DNA of 64,000 nt from Nymphaea colorata. Its lineage: Eukaryota. Below the pieces are notes generated by a model. It was not told the DNA's origin. It worked only from the letters and a program-made list of their open reading frames with translations, and did no database searches. The stretch is taken from NCBI RefSeq assembly GCF_008831285.2, contig NC_045138.2, positions 17,918,001 through 17,982,000 of the forward strand, written 5' to 3'. A program made the translations under genes and the position numbers. Shown in pieces: positions 13,720 through 26,699 of this stretch; position 1 is the stretch's first letter, and the number at the start of each line of letters is the position of its first letter.

Positions 13720-16481
13720 ATCTGATGCTGTGAGATGGATATAATTTTAAAATTTATGATTGACATCAGTGACAGTTTATGGTGCAACATTTGGTTTATA
13801 GTGGTTTTTCATCATTGCTTCTAAATGATGATTTTGGCTATCTAGAGTCACTCATACATTTAACTGGGGCTGTCCATCTAAAGCAGATGGATGGTTGAGA
13901 GTAAAATAAAGACAAAAATGTGTGAACTATTTAGACTAAATGATAAAATGTCTATCATCTCTTTTATCTTTGTTTTCTTTTTTTAATTTACCATCATAAT
14001 GGATTGAATGGTCTTAATTAATTGACTGGGTAAATCTAAAAAGTCAAAGTCACCATTCAATTTTCCAATATATTTATCATCTGCTTCTCATCGACATCAC
14101 TAATCTCTAATTGCATAAGTCGTACCGAGGAAAATTTAGGAGCTTGGTCTGAACATTCTTTCAAGTGTCGAGCAGAAACTTTTGAAAAACTTGGGTAGTG
14201 GAGATTGAACTGACCAACATGGACCAAGCGTCAAACAAGTTCACGGGATCAAAAAGTGCAGCATCAACTTCCCCACCATTCCCGCCACTCTGGTAGTAAC
14301 ATGAATTCGTGGGGCTGCCAAGTTCGACTTTTTCGAAAATTTAGCCTGAAAATATACTTCGAACTGAGTTCATGACCAACAGACCCCACACCAGCACAGA
14401 CCAATACAGCAAATAGCACAGCAGATCGAAGCAATGAAGAAAACTTTTCCTTCCACAGATCCACCTCTCATTGGCCAAGTTTGTCGCCTAACATGTGAGT
14501 CTCTGACGCAGTGAATAGGATTTTCAATCCGCAATCAAGCAATTCGAAGAGGAAGCCAGGAAGAAAGAGAAATTGGAGGAAGAAAGAGCTTGCGCTAAGG
14601 AATCAAAACTAAGGAAATTGAAAACGAACAGCAAACTAATAATCAAACCCCAAAGGGTAGCCAAGAACAGGCCAATTTGTACCATAACAAGTGAATATCT
14701 CATCTATTTAAGATAAAATACCCTAAAAGGGAAGAAATAACAAAAGAATAATGATACATAATCACACAACGTAGTTATCCACTAATCAATAATTACTTTA
14801 AAGTAAATAACACTTCGATTAAAAACAAAATCTCAAAGGGTATACACCTTATATTTTCATCAAATGCCCATTACCCCATTGCGTTTTATATGTCGACAAA
14901 AAATCCAGAAGAAGAATATTTGGATCCAAAAAAATCCATTAGAACTCAATAATGCTTCCTCTTGCGCCTCAAACTCATGAAATGATCTCCAGTCCAGAGG
15001 AGTAACATCCGAGAAGCCGAAGTCTTCCCCTACTTCTGCCCCCAGGATTTAGGACTTGTTTCGAGACCTGAGTGGCAGCATCACTATCATTTGCAGTTTA
15101 GTAGAGTAGCACCCACGAGAATCGAACTAACAACATGTCGTTCATATGTCACCAGCCCGATCAACTATGCTGCTCCCATTGAGGTTATCTATAGTTCAAA
15201 GGAGTCAACGTCAGGCTATGCATGCATTTCCTTGGTGGGCCGTGAAAGACTCGGTACCAGTCAGCTCACATAAGGTTCATCTTCCGAGGGGTCTCCACAT
15301 AATAAAGATTGAGGAGAAAAACTAAGCAACGTGGTGACCCTACAGAGAGTGGATATTCCTTCCCAGTTGAAAATTAAGGTGCTTGGACCCCAAAGTCTAC
15401 CCAATAATGTGAAGCATGATGTTGCTTGTCTCAAACTTCTTGCTTTATGCTTTTCATCTTTTATTCAACTGATTGTCCCCTGAATGTGAAGCAGATGACT
15501 ACTTTGCGTCGTGGAAAAGCTCTCATTGATATTGCAACATCTCATGTGTAAGGACGACTGGAGAAGCGACCTAGAATGAACATCATAAGTGGCAGTGGAG
15601 CCAAGGAGGCCCCATCTAGATTTTGGAAAGAAAAAATTACATGTTATAAGTTTCAAGAGAATTTAATTTGGCTCCTGTAAAAGTTTTGAAAAACATAATG
15701 GGCCCCTGTGGAAAATTTTCAGAAAACCTTAAAAAATTTTTGAAGCAGTCTGAGAGCCAATGATAAAAACAGTTGTCCTCAGAGAGTCAGAGCTAATATT
15801 ATTGATAAGTGACACTATATATATATATATATATAAGCGATTGATAAATGTCAAACCACTTGGGTAAGAGACAAAAACCGGAACTATTAAATTTCTGTTA
15901 AAAAGTATTTTAAACAACATGTGACCACCTAATGTTTTTATAAACACTATTTATTATTTTAAAAATAAATCTTGCTACTATCAAAATTTTGATGTTATAA
16001 GAGCATTCATATTTATAAGGCTTGATTGCAAAAAAAAAAAAAAAAGTTTTAGTATTTAATTTTAATGGATCTAGTTTTTTGTCTCATATTTATAAGGTTA
16101 GATTGCAAAAGAAATGTTTAATTATGTTCGTGTATTATGATAGATGAATTGCGAACGTAACAGGTGAACTTATTGTGTGATTAGACGGCAGTTGTCTATG
16201 AAACAAAACGTGGGGAATTTATTGCCCGATACCCAAAATCAAAATCACCCAACCTTGCCTCTAGGCGCTTTCAGTTCCATTTATAAGTGTAACTGTAAAG
16301 TTAACGTGAAATTGAATGAAGAGTTCATGAAAATCAGTTGCTTAAATATAAATATACAAACCAAGAAAGGGAAGATCGATATGTTTAAAATCTTTACAAA
16401 ATCACAGCTACGTGTCAAATTTTTTGTAATTTTCTTTTAACATTATATGTACTTTTGCATTCTTCCGTAAACATGGAATAG

Positions 16482-16524
<43 letters not shown>

Positions 16525-16593
16525 AGAAGATAGTGGAAAGATCAAGGTTCTGAACAACTGTACCGGCGTCGAGTATCAGTCATATGGCGTATT

Positions 16594-16636
<43 letters not shown>

Positions 16637-18086
16637 GTTCCATTTGGAACCTTATTGCCCTTTTTTCCAGAAATTTTACGAAGTCAAAATTAATTTAAAA
16701 TATTTAAATTAATTTATTAATTTAAAAATAAAAACTTGCATTGACCTTGCATCAGGATACGCTCCAACATGGAGCAGTACCGGCAACACAGTCACTCTTT
16801 TACTCGACTACACAATCATCATTTTTTATTAAATCGGCCGCGATGTATTTGTATAATGAAAATATATACATAATAAAAAAAGTACAAGTTCATATACACG
16901 TGACGTTTTTTTAGCATATAAATATGTCTAAAGTTTAATAATTAATCCTTCTTCTTTTTTCAGCTTACAAAGCTCATCTATGTCCGCCAAGCATAAGTTT
17001 TATGTTGATTTGTATAGTTTTGAACATAAGAAACGCATGAATAAAATTAGTTTTTCTAACACGAGTGCAAAAATATGTAAATGAACATATACTCATATGT
17101 GTGCGCACGCGACACTTTGGCCATCCGAATATTCAGCTTTCTGGTGGTGGTTCAATTTTTTTTTTAATGGAGTTAAAATGGTTTCATTCAAATCTCGACA
17201 CATACATTATCAGAATTTTCAATTTTGTAAAAGTGAAAAGATCACAAAGTTTAGATAACATTTTATGAGAATTCAGAAATTAACGGTTTAGAGTTAGTAA
17301 AACTAGTTTGTGAATTGCGCATCCAAAAATCATGATTTTTTTATAGTCACACATTTTCAAACATTGCAAATTGGATCTGCACGTCGCAAGGCGTATCTGC
17401 CCACTATGTATCAGCCTGAATCAGCTAACAATAATTTTCTAAAATTTTTCTTAATAAATTATTGCTTTTAGAAATTTTAATAATAAATTATTATTATTTC
17501 TAAAGGAAACTGCTGCGTTTGATGTAAGTTGAAGCAGCGGTTAACCAGTCCGCATCAGCCGATAAAGAAAAGAAGCCACGTCGGGCCCTTTTAATAATGC
17601 GCATCAGCTGATATGAGCCCAGTATCCAAAGCTTTTGAAAGATCATAACAATCTGATGTATAAGTAAAACAGTCCCAACTTTCTCACAGCTTTAAAATCT
17701 AATCTAGATATTGGATTTTTATGATTTTATGTCTATATTTTCATCATTTTCATATGTTTGCATCTGTTCATCGGATTAGATTTATGAAAAACTTAAAATA
17801 TTTGAAGGCATATTTATACTCTCTCTCTCTCTCTGCTGTTAGAGCTTATAAGACCACAAAATAGAATAAGGCTGAATACAGAAAAATAATAGACTTGAGA
17901 GCAGCTCTTATTCAACATTTTTACCATTTGTATTCAACAAAAAGAAAAATTATGCACTAACCTTTTGCAGCCAATTTACATAACACAAAGAATGAACAGA
18001 TATTTTCTGTTGTTTTATATATATTTACAGCACCCGACGCTTCAGAAACGCTTAGATGGAATAAGGGGAACAAGACCAAAAGCAAC

Positions 18087-21000
18087 CTACACGATCTGCT
18101 CACCTTCGGGAGTCATCACTGCAGTATTTTCGGCATACGCTTCCTGTTTGAAGAGGGACGAGTCTTTCGTAAACAATACCAAATATGAAATGTCATTGCA
18201 TGTACACAATAAAAACTGGACTAAACGTGGGCTCTCCCTCTTTCGAGGAGATTTGACCTTGACAATCACCATCCCCAGGAAAAGGAAAACAGAAGAGTCC
18301 ACTTTTATAAACTAACAGTGAGAAAACGGATATTAAAAACATAAAACATGGAATACCAATGCAGAAAACGCAAGCAAGTCATTGTGTCAGCATAGTACAA
18401 CAATAAAAGCAACTAGTATGACAGATATAATTCAAAAACATAGCATATCATAGTATAAGAGAAAACAAACATTAATAGAGCATTAATACAAAATAAAAAA
18501 AAAACTAATGCTAGTAGTATGACAGACTTGTACAAGTGCACTTACTTCTGGAGGTGATTCAACAGAAATCAAGTGAACAGCACTGGGATTAAAATCGATT
18601 CCACTGTAAAAGTTCCATAAGGAGAGAATGAGGCCACTCATCAACCACACCCGTTTCCATTAGTACATTAATTTACAACTGTAAAGCTGAAAAGAGCAGT
18701 ACCAGAGCACATGAAACAGGAAAAAAGAAAAAAAGCAAACCTGTTTGAAAGGGCTAGCTGCCATACATATGGAATGAAGAATTCCTCTGGATTATGCTCT
18801 TGTTCATATGTAAATCTTAATTGTGTAAACATCTGCTCATTTCCAACCATTACAGAATTACATTATTAGATGTAATACTTGTAACGATTGATTTCTCAAG
18901 TGATTACAAATGTTAAAAATGTAAAAAAACCAGTATGAATAGAAATACGGATTGCAGTTGGGATTACCTTCATTCCTTCACCTCGCCAAGATCGACAATT
19001 AGTGATTATTATTTGCAACACCTTCTCAACAGACAACTCCCCATCCATATTTTGTGCATCCATGCGACTATTGAAGAAATCTAAAACCTAAAGCGAAGAA
19101 TGTTTCAGGCAAAAACATTGACTCAAGGATATCTTCAGTGAAAAACTTGCATCTGCAGCAGGCTAGAAGAATTCATTAAAAAAGGGGTGAAATATACTGT
19201 GTAAATATTTTCAAGTAGTTCACTAAAGCGTGGATGATTCTTGAAAGGCTGAAACACCTCCTGCCGGTGCATTATTGCGTAAACAATCTGCTCCAAGAAA
19301 AAATGCAAGAGATATCAAGCATCAGATTCACCATCACGACATCGACATTTTATCATCATCATTGTGTGCTGACCAAGCATGATTTATCAATGATGAACAT
19401 GAGTTACAAAATCAAAAAAGGAAAACAACAGAACAGATATCAATACTATACCTCAGGATTTCTTGGCAAAGCATATGAAAGAATTGCATTTAAGATTTCT
19501 AAAACAATTCTTAGGAAATCTGTGTAGATGTGTAGCTCTGATGACTGCACAGATAAACAATTTGTTAGTTAGATGATGTAAGATGTACTATTCAAAATGA
19601 TATATCACTCATATGATGAATAATTTGAAAGCATATTATTAGTGTAGAGAATGATATATCACTCATATGATGAATAATTTGAAAGCATATTATTAGTGTA
19701 GAGAATGATATATCACTCATATGATGAATAATTTGAAAGCATATTATTAGCGTAGAGATTATGAGCATCACCGTATCTTCTGATAATTCCTCTCCTTCAA
19801 CAAAGACACCTTCAATTTTAAGAATCTTATCATTTCTGGTCTCTGCTAATTTCATGTACCTGGTGGAAGAATGCAAAACTCAAATCTCACACTCAAAAAA
19901 GACAAAAAATATCCAAAGAGCCCTTTCTAGAAAATTAATTATGTTTCTGGAAAATGGGATCATTGGCACTTCCCGAATTCACCAGCCAATTTGCAAAAAA
20001 AAGTATAATGTAGAAGTGAAGCATAACATACTTGCGTGAAAGCATATCAAAAAGGCTAACTAGCCTTTGTGAAGCATATGCACTCAATCGATGAACATGT
20101 GGAGCCATGTTTGCCAAAGTTGCAAGACAGTTTGTATGGAGATACACATCCTGGAAATTTTTACACATAAAAGGAACATATCAGAATAAACATAAACAAG
20201 AAATATCTCTTACTGCACACATATTTGATCACTCAAGTGATATAGCACTAAATTCAAAAAGGAAGGAGAACATGCACTTCAGATTCATCTGATACTCTTG
20301 TGGTTTTTACTTTTACAATGAAGGAACCAATAAATGGATGGGAGCATCAATTGATTTCGTATGTACAATTGCCCAGGAATGTAGCCAAGATTTTCAGGAA
20401 CAACTTCAGCATACAAAACAAAAAGCAAAACAAGAAAAAGCATATGCAGATGAAAATTTTCTACAAGGATAAGCATACCCGCAGCTTTGAAAGATTATAC
20501 TTTACTGTTCTAATGAGTATCACAACCATCAGAGAACCAAGAGAAGTGTGGTGCAGAAGACGCTCTTTGTACCAAGGAACACTTGGAAGTATCTGAAAAG
20601 GAATTCAAGATCTGATAAACAATATATCAAGGAAAAATGCAGCATAAACATTCACAACTACTGAGATAATGATTTAACTCTTACCAGCTTATGGATGCTT
20701 GCATTGAAAGACGAATCTTGACTTAGTATGAGTAGGATAATCAACAGCATATATATCTGATTTGAGGTCCTCTTTGAAGCATCATACAGCATCTCCAGTA
20801 CAGGCATCAGCTATCCACAAAAAGCGTAGATTACACAATCAAATCTCCACGAATGATGTAGAACTCCCACTAGAACAATACTTAGAACAACTCAGACACA
20901 AATGCACATGCCCAACCATGTGAACCAGAATATGCACCAGAGTCTTCGGCACTTTTTTTTTCCTTAAACTTTTTGCCTTACTGGATCAGCAACTTCTAAT

Positions 21001-22394
21001 CCACTAAGACAGTTAAAAGTACCAACATTACCAATCAAATTAACTTAAAATTTTGATAAATATCAAACAATTAACATACCCAGCACCAAACTTAGAAAGG
21101 CCTCAAGAAGACTAGCAACTTGTAATGGACAGGATGACAAGGTTACACTATCTCATTCTAAAGCACTCCTCAAGACACTTAGGACTTAGGAGTAAAAAAT
21201 CAGAACCATAAAAAGGTCTGAAGAGGACTAGCAACTCATGACAGACAGCAAAAAGGCCATGCCATTTTTACCCCATGTACTTTTCCAGAAAATTAGGAGT
21301 CAAGGCCAATAAGGGCCACCCTTTATTATCAAGACCACAAGGGCCATTAAAAATCATTTAAGTACTGTTCTGTTTCTGCATATCATGCACCAACTAATGA
21401 ACTTCCCAGATGAAATATAACCATAAAAAGGATATCTAAATGAGAAAGATATTTAAATTATTGAAACCAATTTGAGATTCATAAGCTGATAGAGGACAAA
21501 ATTTGATATAATTTCAGACAGATAACATAGGAAACCAATATCATTGAGAAAAACAAAACACATATTTTGCTTCAAGTAAAAATGAACATATTAATTGAAT
21601 GAAATGAATACATGTTGCTATAGATACATACCAATGTATCCAAATCAGTCCGCACCAAAACATACTCCAAGAAATTAGAATTTCCATGCACCAATGAGTA
21701 AAGAAGCAAGACAGAGCTCTCATCAAACAAGTACCTGCACCAATTGTAGAAATAGTTGAAAAAAAAAATGGAAAAGTCATGCTATCCTCGGACAGCACAA
21801 TAATGTCACGGCTAACAGTTCATCATAGCCTATCAGGCCATCACCAGGTATTTGCTACTGGATAGATCTTCTGCTCACAGATTTTCATGGAATACTTTAT
21901 ATACTATTTGTTCATGAGAAAGCTAGCTGCTTCTACACTACATGAAGTAGCAGAATTCCCTTGATGAAATTTACCACTTGACTCTAGCTTAATTGAACCA
22001 ATCACCAAAAGCACAAATAGAACGAAGAACCAGAGACAGACAATTTATCACTGCCTACAAATTTGAAAAACATTCACATATAAATGCATGATTACTACCC
22101 ATTTAAAATAGGAACACTAATAAATTTGTGATTTCTTAGCTAAAGATTATTGCTTCTCCCGTTCGGTTTACAAAAATAACAAAGGAAAAAAAACAAGGAT
22201 CAAGCTGCAATTTCCCATGTTCAATGACGAACAAGTTAGTAAAGCAATTTCAAAGAGCACCTACTTACAACTCAACATAGAGAAATAGTTGATCAGTGAC
22301 CACGAAGTGAATATGTGCCTATTATCACCTATCACATGGGTGCGGGTGCCGGTGAGGGATGCAGCAACAAATTGGGTATGGGTGCGGTGAGAGC

Positions 22395-22425
<31 letters not shown>

Positions 22426-25400
22426 ATTTGTTATATAAGTAATTTTATTTGTCTATATTTTTGAACTTTTTTTTATCAAGGTTACCTTGAATCGATATAT
22501 CAATGAAAACCCGGCCAAAACTCATTTGACACCGTGTTGGGCAGCACTAGCACCCACACCGATGCGGGTGCGGGTGCACCACCATAGTTGGTGCACCTGT
22601 GTGACTTAGATTATCACGTAGATGAAGGTAACAGATGCAACATGGGTACTTCTATTGAAGTGTGGTAACAACATTGCAGCCATATTGGAACTTGGGCACT
22701 TCTCATATAGGTCATTATGCTTAGTATGAAAGGTATCTAGCATTTCTTTTTAAATTGTTAAGCAACATACTTGTCATATTTCAAACATCTAGTGTTTAAT
22801 TCCCAATCTCCAACTTGATTTGTAGAGCATTTTTGAAAAATTTAGTGTTCCTTCGTAGCTTAACGTTATCTATAACATTTGTTTTTAAATTGTTAAGTAA
22901 CACACTTGTCATATTTCAAACATCTAGTGTTTAACTCCCAATTTGCAGCTAGATATGTAAAGCATTTTTGAAAAAATCACAGTTACTTTGTAGCTTAATG
23001 TTTTTCATATACATAAATAACAGTATCCTCTATCCTGTACCCAAATCTTATACAATAGACTTATCATACCTTGTACCTCCACTTGTATCTATGTGACATG
23101 GGTGCTAAACATCACATAGGCCTCAACCCTCTAAGGTGCCTAGATGCCACATAGAAACTTAAAGGTATCAAGTGCAACATAACATAATCCAATCCATATT
23201 TATACATTATGATTTAAAATATAGAAATTGTTTTGGACAAAGATATTTGCAGTCCAGAGTGACAACGGCTTTACAAATGGATAGAAAAACAAAAAGGCTG
23301 AAACACAAGAAAGAAAACACTTACAGCCCAAGAGTGTCAAACAGAGAAGCAAACGGAAGTCTTACAACCGGCCCACTTTGTGCATCACTCTCCACATCTA
23401 CAAGGTCAACTACAATATGAAGCAGAGTTAAAATTGATGTTGCAAAATACGAAGTACCACTGTAACAATCGGACAAACATGAACTTACACTCAACATCTC
23501 TTGCATTTTCCAAAGCTCTGCAGTAGGAATTCTCATCAAAAAATGAATCTACTTTAAGGCACCCATTAGCGTTGTTAATTGCTTCGATTTTCTCCAGAGA
23601 AGAGTTGTCCGCATTGATGCGCTTCCGATAATGGATGAGAATAAGCAAGATAAGGAGGCTGTTATCTGCCAATGAACTCCTTGATCCTTCACCACTAGAA
23701 CTAACAAGATAGTTGAACGTGTAATATGGCAGAAGAACAAAAGAAGCTGCAAGAAGCGTTTACAAAAGTTTCTTTCAATTTGATGCCCAGCATCTAAACA
23801 TCTTAATTGCACGTATTTATGAAGAAAAAAAGCACATATGAGGGGAACTCTATTCTCTCTTCTATTCCAAATATCTTGAGTAAAAGAAAGAAAGCATACA
23901 GTCAAACAAATAAAAGTACCATAGTTCTTGCTTATACTTTATTCTTGAAATTTGACACCAAAAAAAGGGTATGTACCAGCAGCAGATCCAACTTTTTGTA
24001 GAACACCAGATTGGCCTCCAGAAACAGGCAGATAAGATGTAGAAGCAAAAGGCATGCCAGGCCTTGTAATATACGTAAGCAATAATTTGCGAACAACAGA
24101 ACCAACTAAGGCATTGCCCTGCAAAAGGAAAAATAACAACGTCGACCAAATTCTAGATAGAAGATAAAATTAACAGTCAGAAAATTTCAGAAGTCAGGAC
24201 CCTTACTTGCATCATTGCAGCATCAATAAATGGATGGACATCTTTTGGCCCTGGAGAGGGCCCAGATCGAAGCTGGGTCGACATAGCCACAAGCATCAAG
24301 TTAAGCACTTCATGATGGAGGAGACATGAATCGGAACTTGCAATAAAGTACAGTAGAATTATCAGCAACAGCAAACAGAAGTTTTATTCTTTCTCATAGG
24401 TATGTAGCAAAAACCAGTCAAAAAGGAGAGGAGAAAAACAACTTCTACCTTATCTCTGACATGCTGATAAAGCTAAGTAAGCCCTTCATGATAAAAGCTC
24501 CAACCTGACCTAAACCACAGCCAAAACCTTGCATAATTAATAACTCCTTAAGAATAAAAAGAGGATACTTAAACGAAACCAGAACCCAGGTTTTATGGAA
24601 CGAAGAAAGGTATAAGTTATAACTATTTCCAACAATTTAGACCTGAAAAGTGTGCATATTTAAGCTATGGGGACTTTATAAGCATGATAATCCCTGCAGG
24701 CTGCTGGACCAAACTCAGGTTTAGCCCAATGTTGTCAGAATTGGGCCTGAATGAATCACTTTGAATCAAATCAGTGGCAAACCAATTCGATTTGGTGGCT
24801 GATTCAACTGCACCATGTGTCAGCTTTTAACTATTTTTAAAAATATTTTAAGATTTTTAATTTTTAATTTTTTTTTAGGATATCTTTGGCCAATCCACGA
24901 TTGATTCAGCTGAATCAGTGAATCAACCCATTTGGTTTAGGAACCAATTTCTACAACACTGATTTAGCTAGATTCAACTCAATCAACAGCAAAACAATTA
25001 CAAACCATTACATAAGTATGAGATTAAGCAACACATAGAAGCCTACATTATGTAAGAGAGAGAGAGAAAGGACAAAATGATCAATTACCATTTTGGAAAT
25101 TCTTGTGCATTTCTTCCTCCTCAAGGATAAGATAAAGCTCTTCAAAGTTGTTGCTCTTGGCATTTTCTATCAAATATTTCAAGAAAATAGAAGATATATG
25201 TGTTCCATTTATAGCTTTTAAGTAAAGGGTGGGTGTCGCTGCACCTACAGCTGTCAATTCTTGCAAGCACAAGACAAGTATGATCATAATCTTGGCGAGG
25301 TGCCTCGTGTAGTAATTATTCTGTGCTGCATAAGGTCAGATATAAAAAATAGACCACCATCAGCATACAGAAAATCAAACATGAACGAAGAGAATGGAAA

Positions 25401-26699
25401 AAATAATCGTACAACCAACAAGGTAGCTATTTGCTCGGTTCAGCCAAATAACTATATGATGTTACCAATACATTCACAATGACAATAAACTACCAAACTA
25501 TAGATTAGGGACCTAAAAAACAATAACAAATAGCACATATTACAATTGTACAGTGCATTCAACAATACATTAACACTGTTTCTATTGCCATTAAACTTTT
25601 AGCTGCTTTTCAAAGAAACTGCCTTGAAAAGCACCCCAGTTTTCCAAAGGGGAAATAATGATGAAATCAAAAGATAGATGAGACAACTCCACACATGGCT
25701 ATCTAAACCAAACCTGAAATCTCAGGTTGGGCTTTACATACCTGAGACCTAATTAGTACCTACTATCTCCTCTGCAGATCATCATCATAGAGAAGCAGCT
25801 CAAAACCTTAAGAACCCTTGCGTGAAATAAGCAAAAAGATTACAAGCAAGGGAATGTGAAAACTCAGATGGATGAAGCCAGATCATGGATGGCTATCTGA
25901 AAACAGAAATTGAGGTGAAGCTTATCACTCATGTGACTTTGGGGTACCAAAACGCAATCTCCCCGATTATACAGACCAAATGGTTTCCTCCATTTAGCTG
26001 CGGGCCATCGATCAGCATTGTTAGCTAACGAACGAGTTAATTGATGGTTCCTCCAAATCGTTCTTCCCAATTTTCTCTTCTATTTACATCCCTTTTTCAT
26101 GGCTTTAATATGCATATTGATGAATTACTGAACGTGAAGAGCTATATTACAAAGGTCCGAACACTGCAAAGCAAAAGAAAAATCTATCGACCAAGATTGC
26201 AAGATAGGTGCGGCAACCACAAATGGTTTTCGCGCAAGGAATTTTTTGTCTCAGAAAAGTGAAGAATCAAATGCCATCAGAATTTGACATAACCCGTCAA
26301 GAACCCACGCAGATACACACACGCACACACACAAACGGTGTGCAATGTGATCCATCTAGCATTTTTACACAATTATCAAATGCATTCACGACGAACAGAA
26401 ACAAACAGGTTCCAACTCAAAACCTCAGATAAACGTAAACGAAAAGAAAAGAAAAAAAGCAAAAGAGAGAGAGAAAGAGAGAACAGATGAAACGACTCGT
26501 TCGGTAACTCACCTAGAGCCTGGCAGGCCTCAAGCACCCTCTCCTCCGGCCACCGTACAGTCAAGGGCAGCTCGAGCAGCTCTTGCCAAAAATTCGACGA
26601 TAGTGGAACCGGCTTCTCACCGACAAAGACGCCGAGGAGGCCCTCCGCCTCGGTGCGAAGTCGCGCAGCCCTCCTCGGAGTTGACGGGACGCCGCCCAT
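18087..26699 (-). CDS. DYM: Dymeclin (Dyggve-Melchior-Clausen protein homologue), 18 exons
   Basis: Exons 26699-26513, 25325-25089, 24509-24449, 24336-24207, 24118-23977, 23746-23489, 23409-23325, 21734-21632, 20810-20685, 20592-20479, 20150-20032, 19859-19772, 19544-19452, 19287-19198, 19087-18968, 18832-18741, 18603-18546, 18143-18087 (last exon least certain). Start MGGVPSTPR (Gly2 myristoylation-type); conserved [34 protein letters not shown] and [25 protein letters not shown]. Confidence 0.92.
19596..19758. repeat. 54-bp tandem repeat x3 in a dymeclin intron
   Basis: AATGATATATCACTCATATGATGAATAATTTGAAAGCATATTATTAGTGTAGAG begins at 19596, 19650 and 19704; copies are near-identical. Confidence 0.95.
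22329..22609. mobile_element. Non-autonomous hAT-type element (MITE) in a dymeclin intron
   Basis: Exact 8-bp target-site duplication ATTATCAC (22321-22328 and 22610-22617); imperfect TIRs CTATCACATGGGTGC / GCACCTGTGTGACTTAG; subterminal GGGTGC repeats. Confidence 0.75.
22748..23000. repeat. Diverged ~135-bp tandem duplication in a dymeclin intron
   Basis: TTTTAAATTGTTAAG[C/T]AACA[T/C]ACTTGTCATATTTCAAACATCTAGTGTTTAA... occurs near 22748 and near 22883. Confidence 0.85.
24727..24961. mobile_element. Probable hAT-type MITE in a dymeclin intron
   Basis: Termini CAATGTTGTCAGAATTGG ... CCAATTTCTACAACACTG, flanks GTTTAGCC / ATTTAGCT (degenerate 8-bp TSD), internal GAATC/GATTC repeats. Confidence 0.55.

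Noticed and set aside
15100..15185. Functional tRNA gene
   Set aside because: B-box-like motif present, but acceptor and anticodon stems cannot be formed convincingly.
19596..19758. CRISPR-like array
   Set aside because: Head-to-tail identical units without unique spacers, no cas genes, and located in a plant intron.
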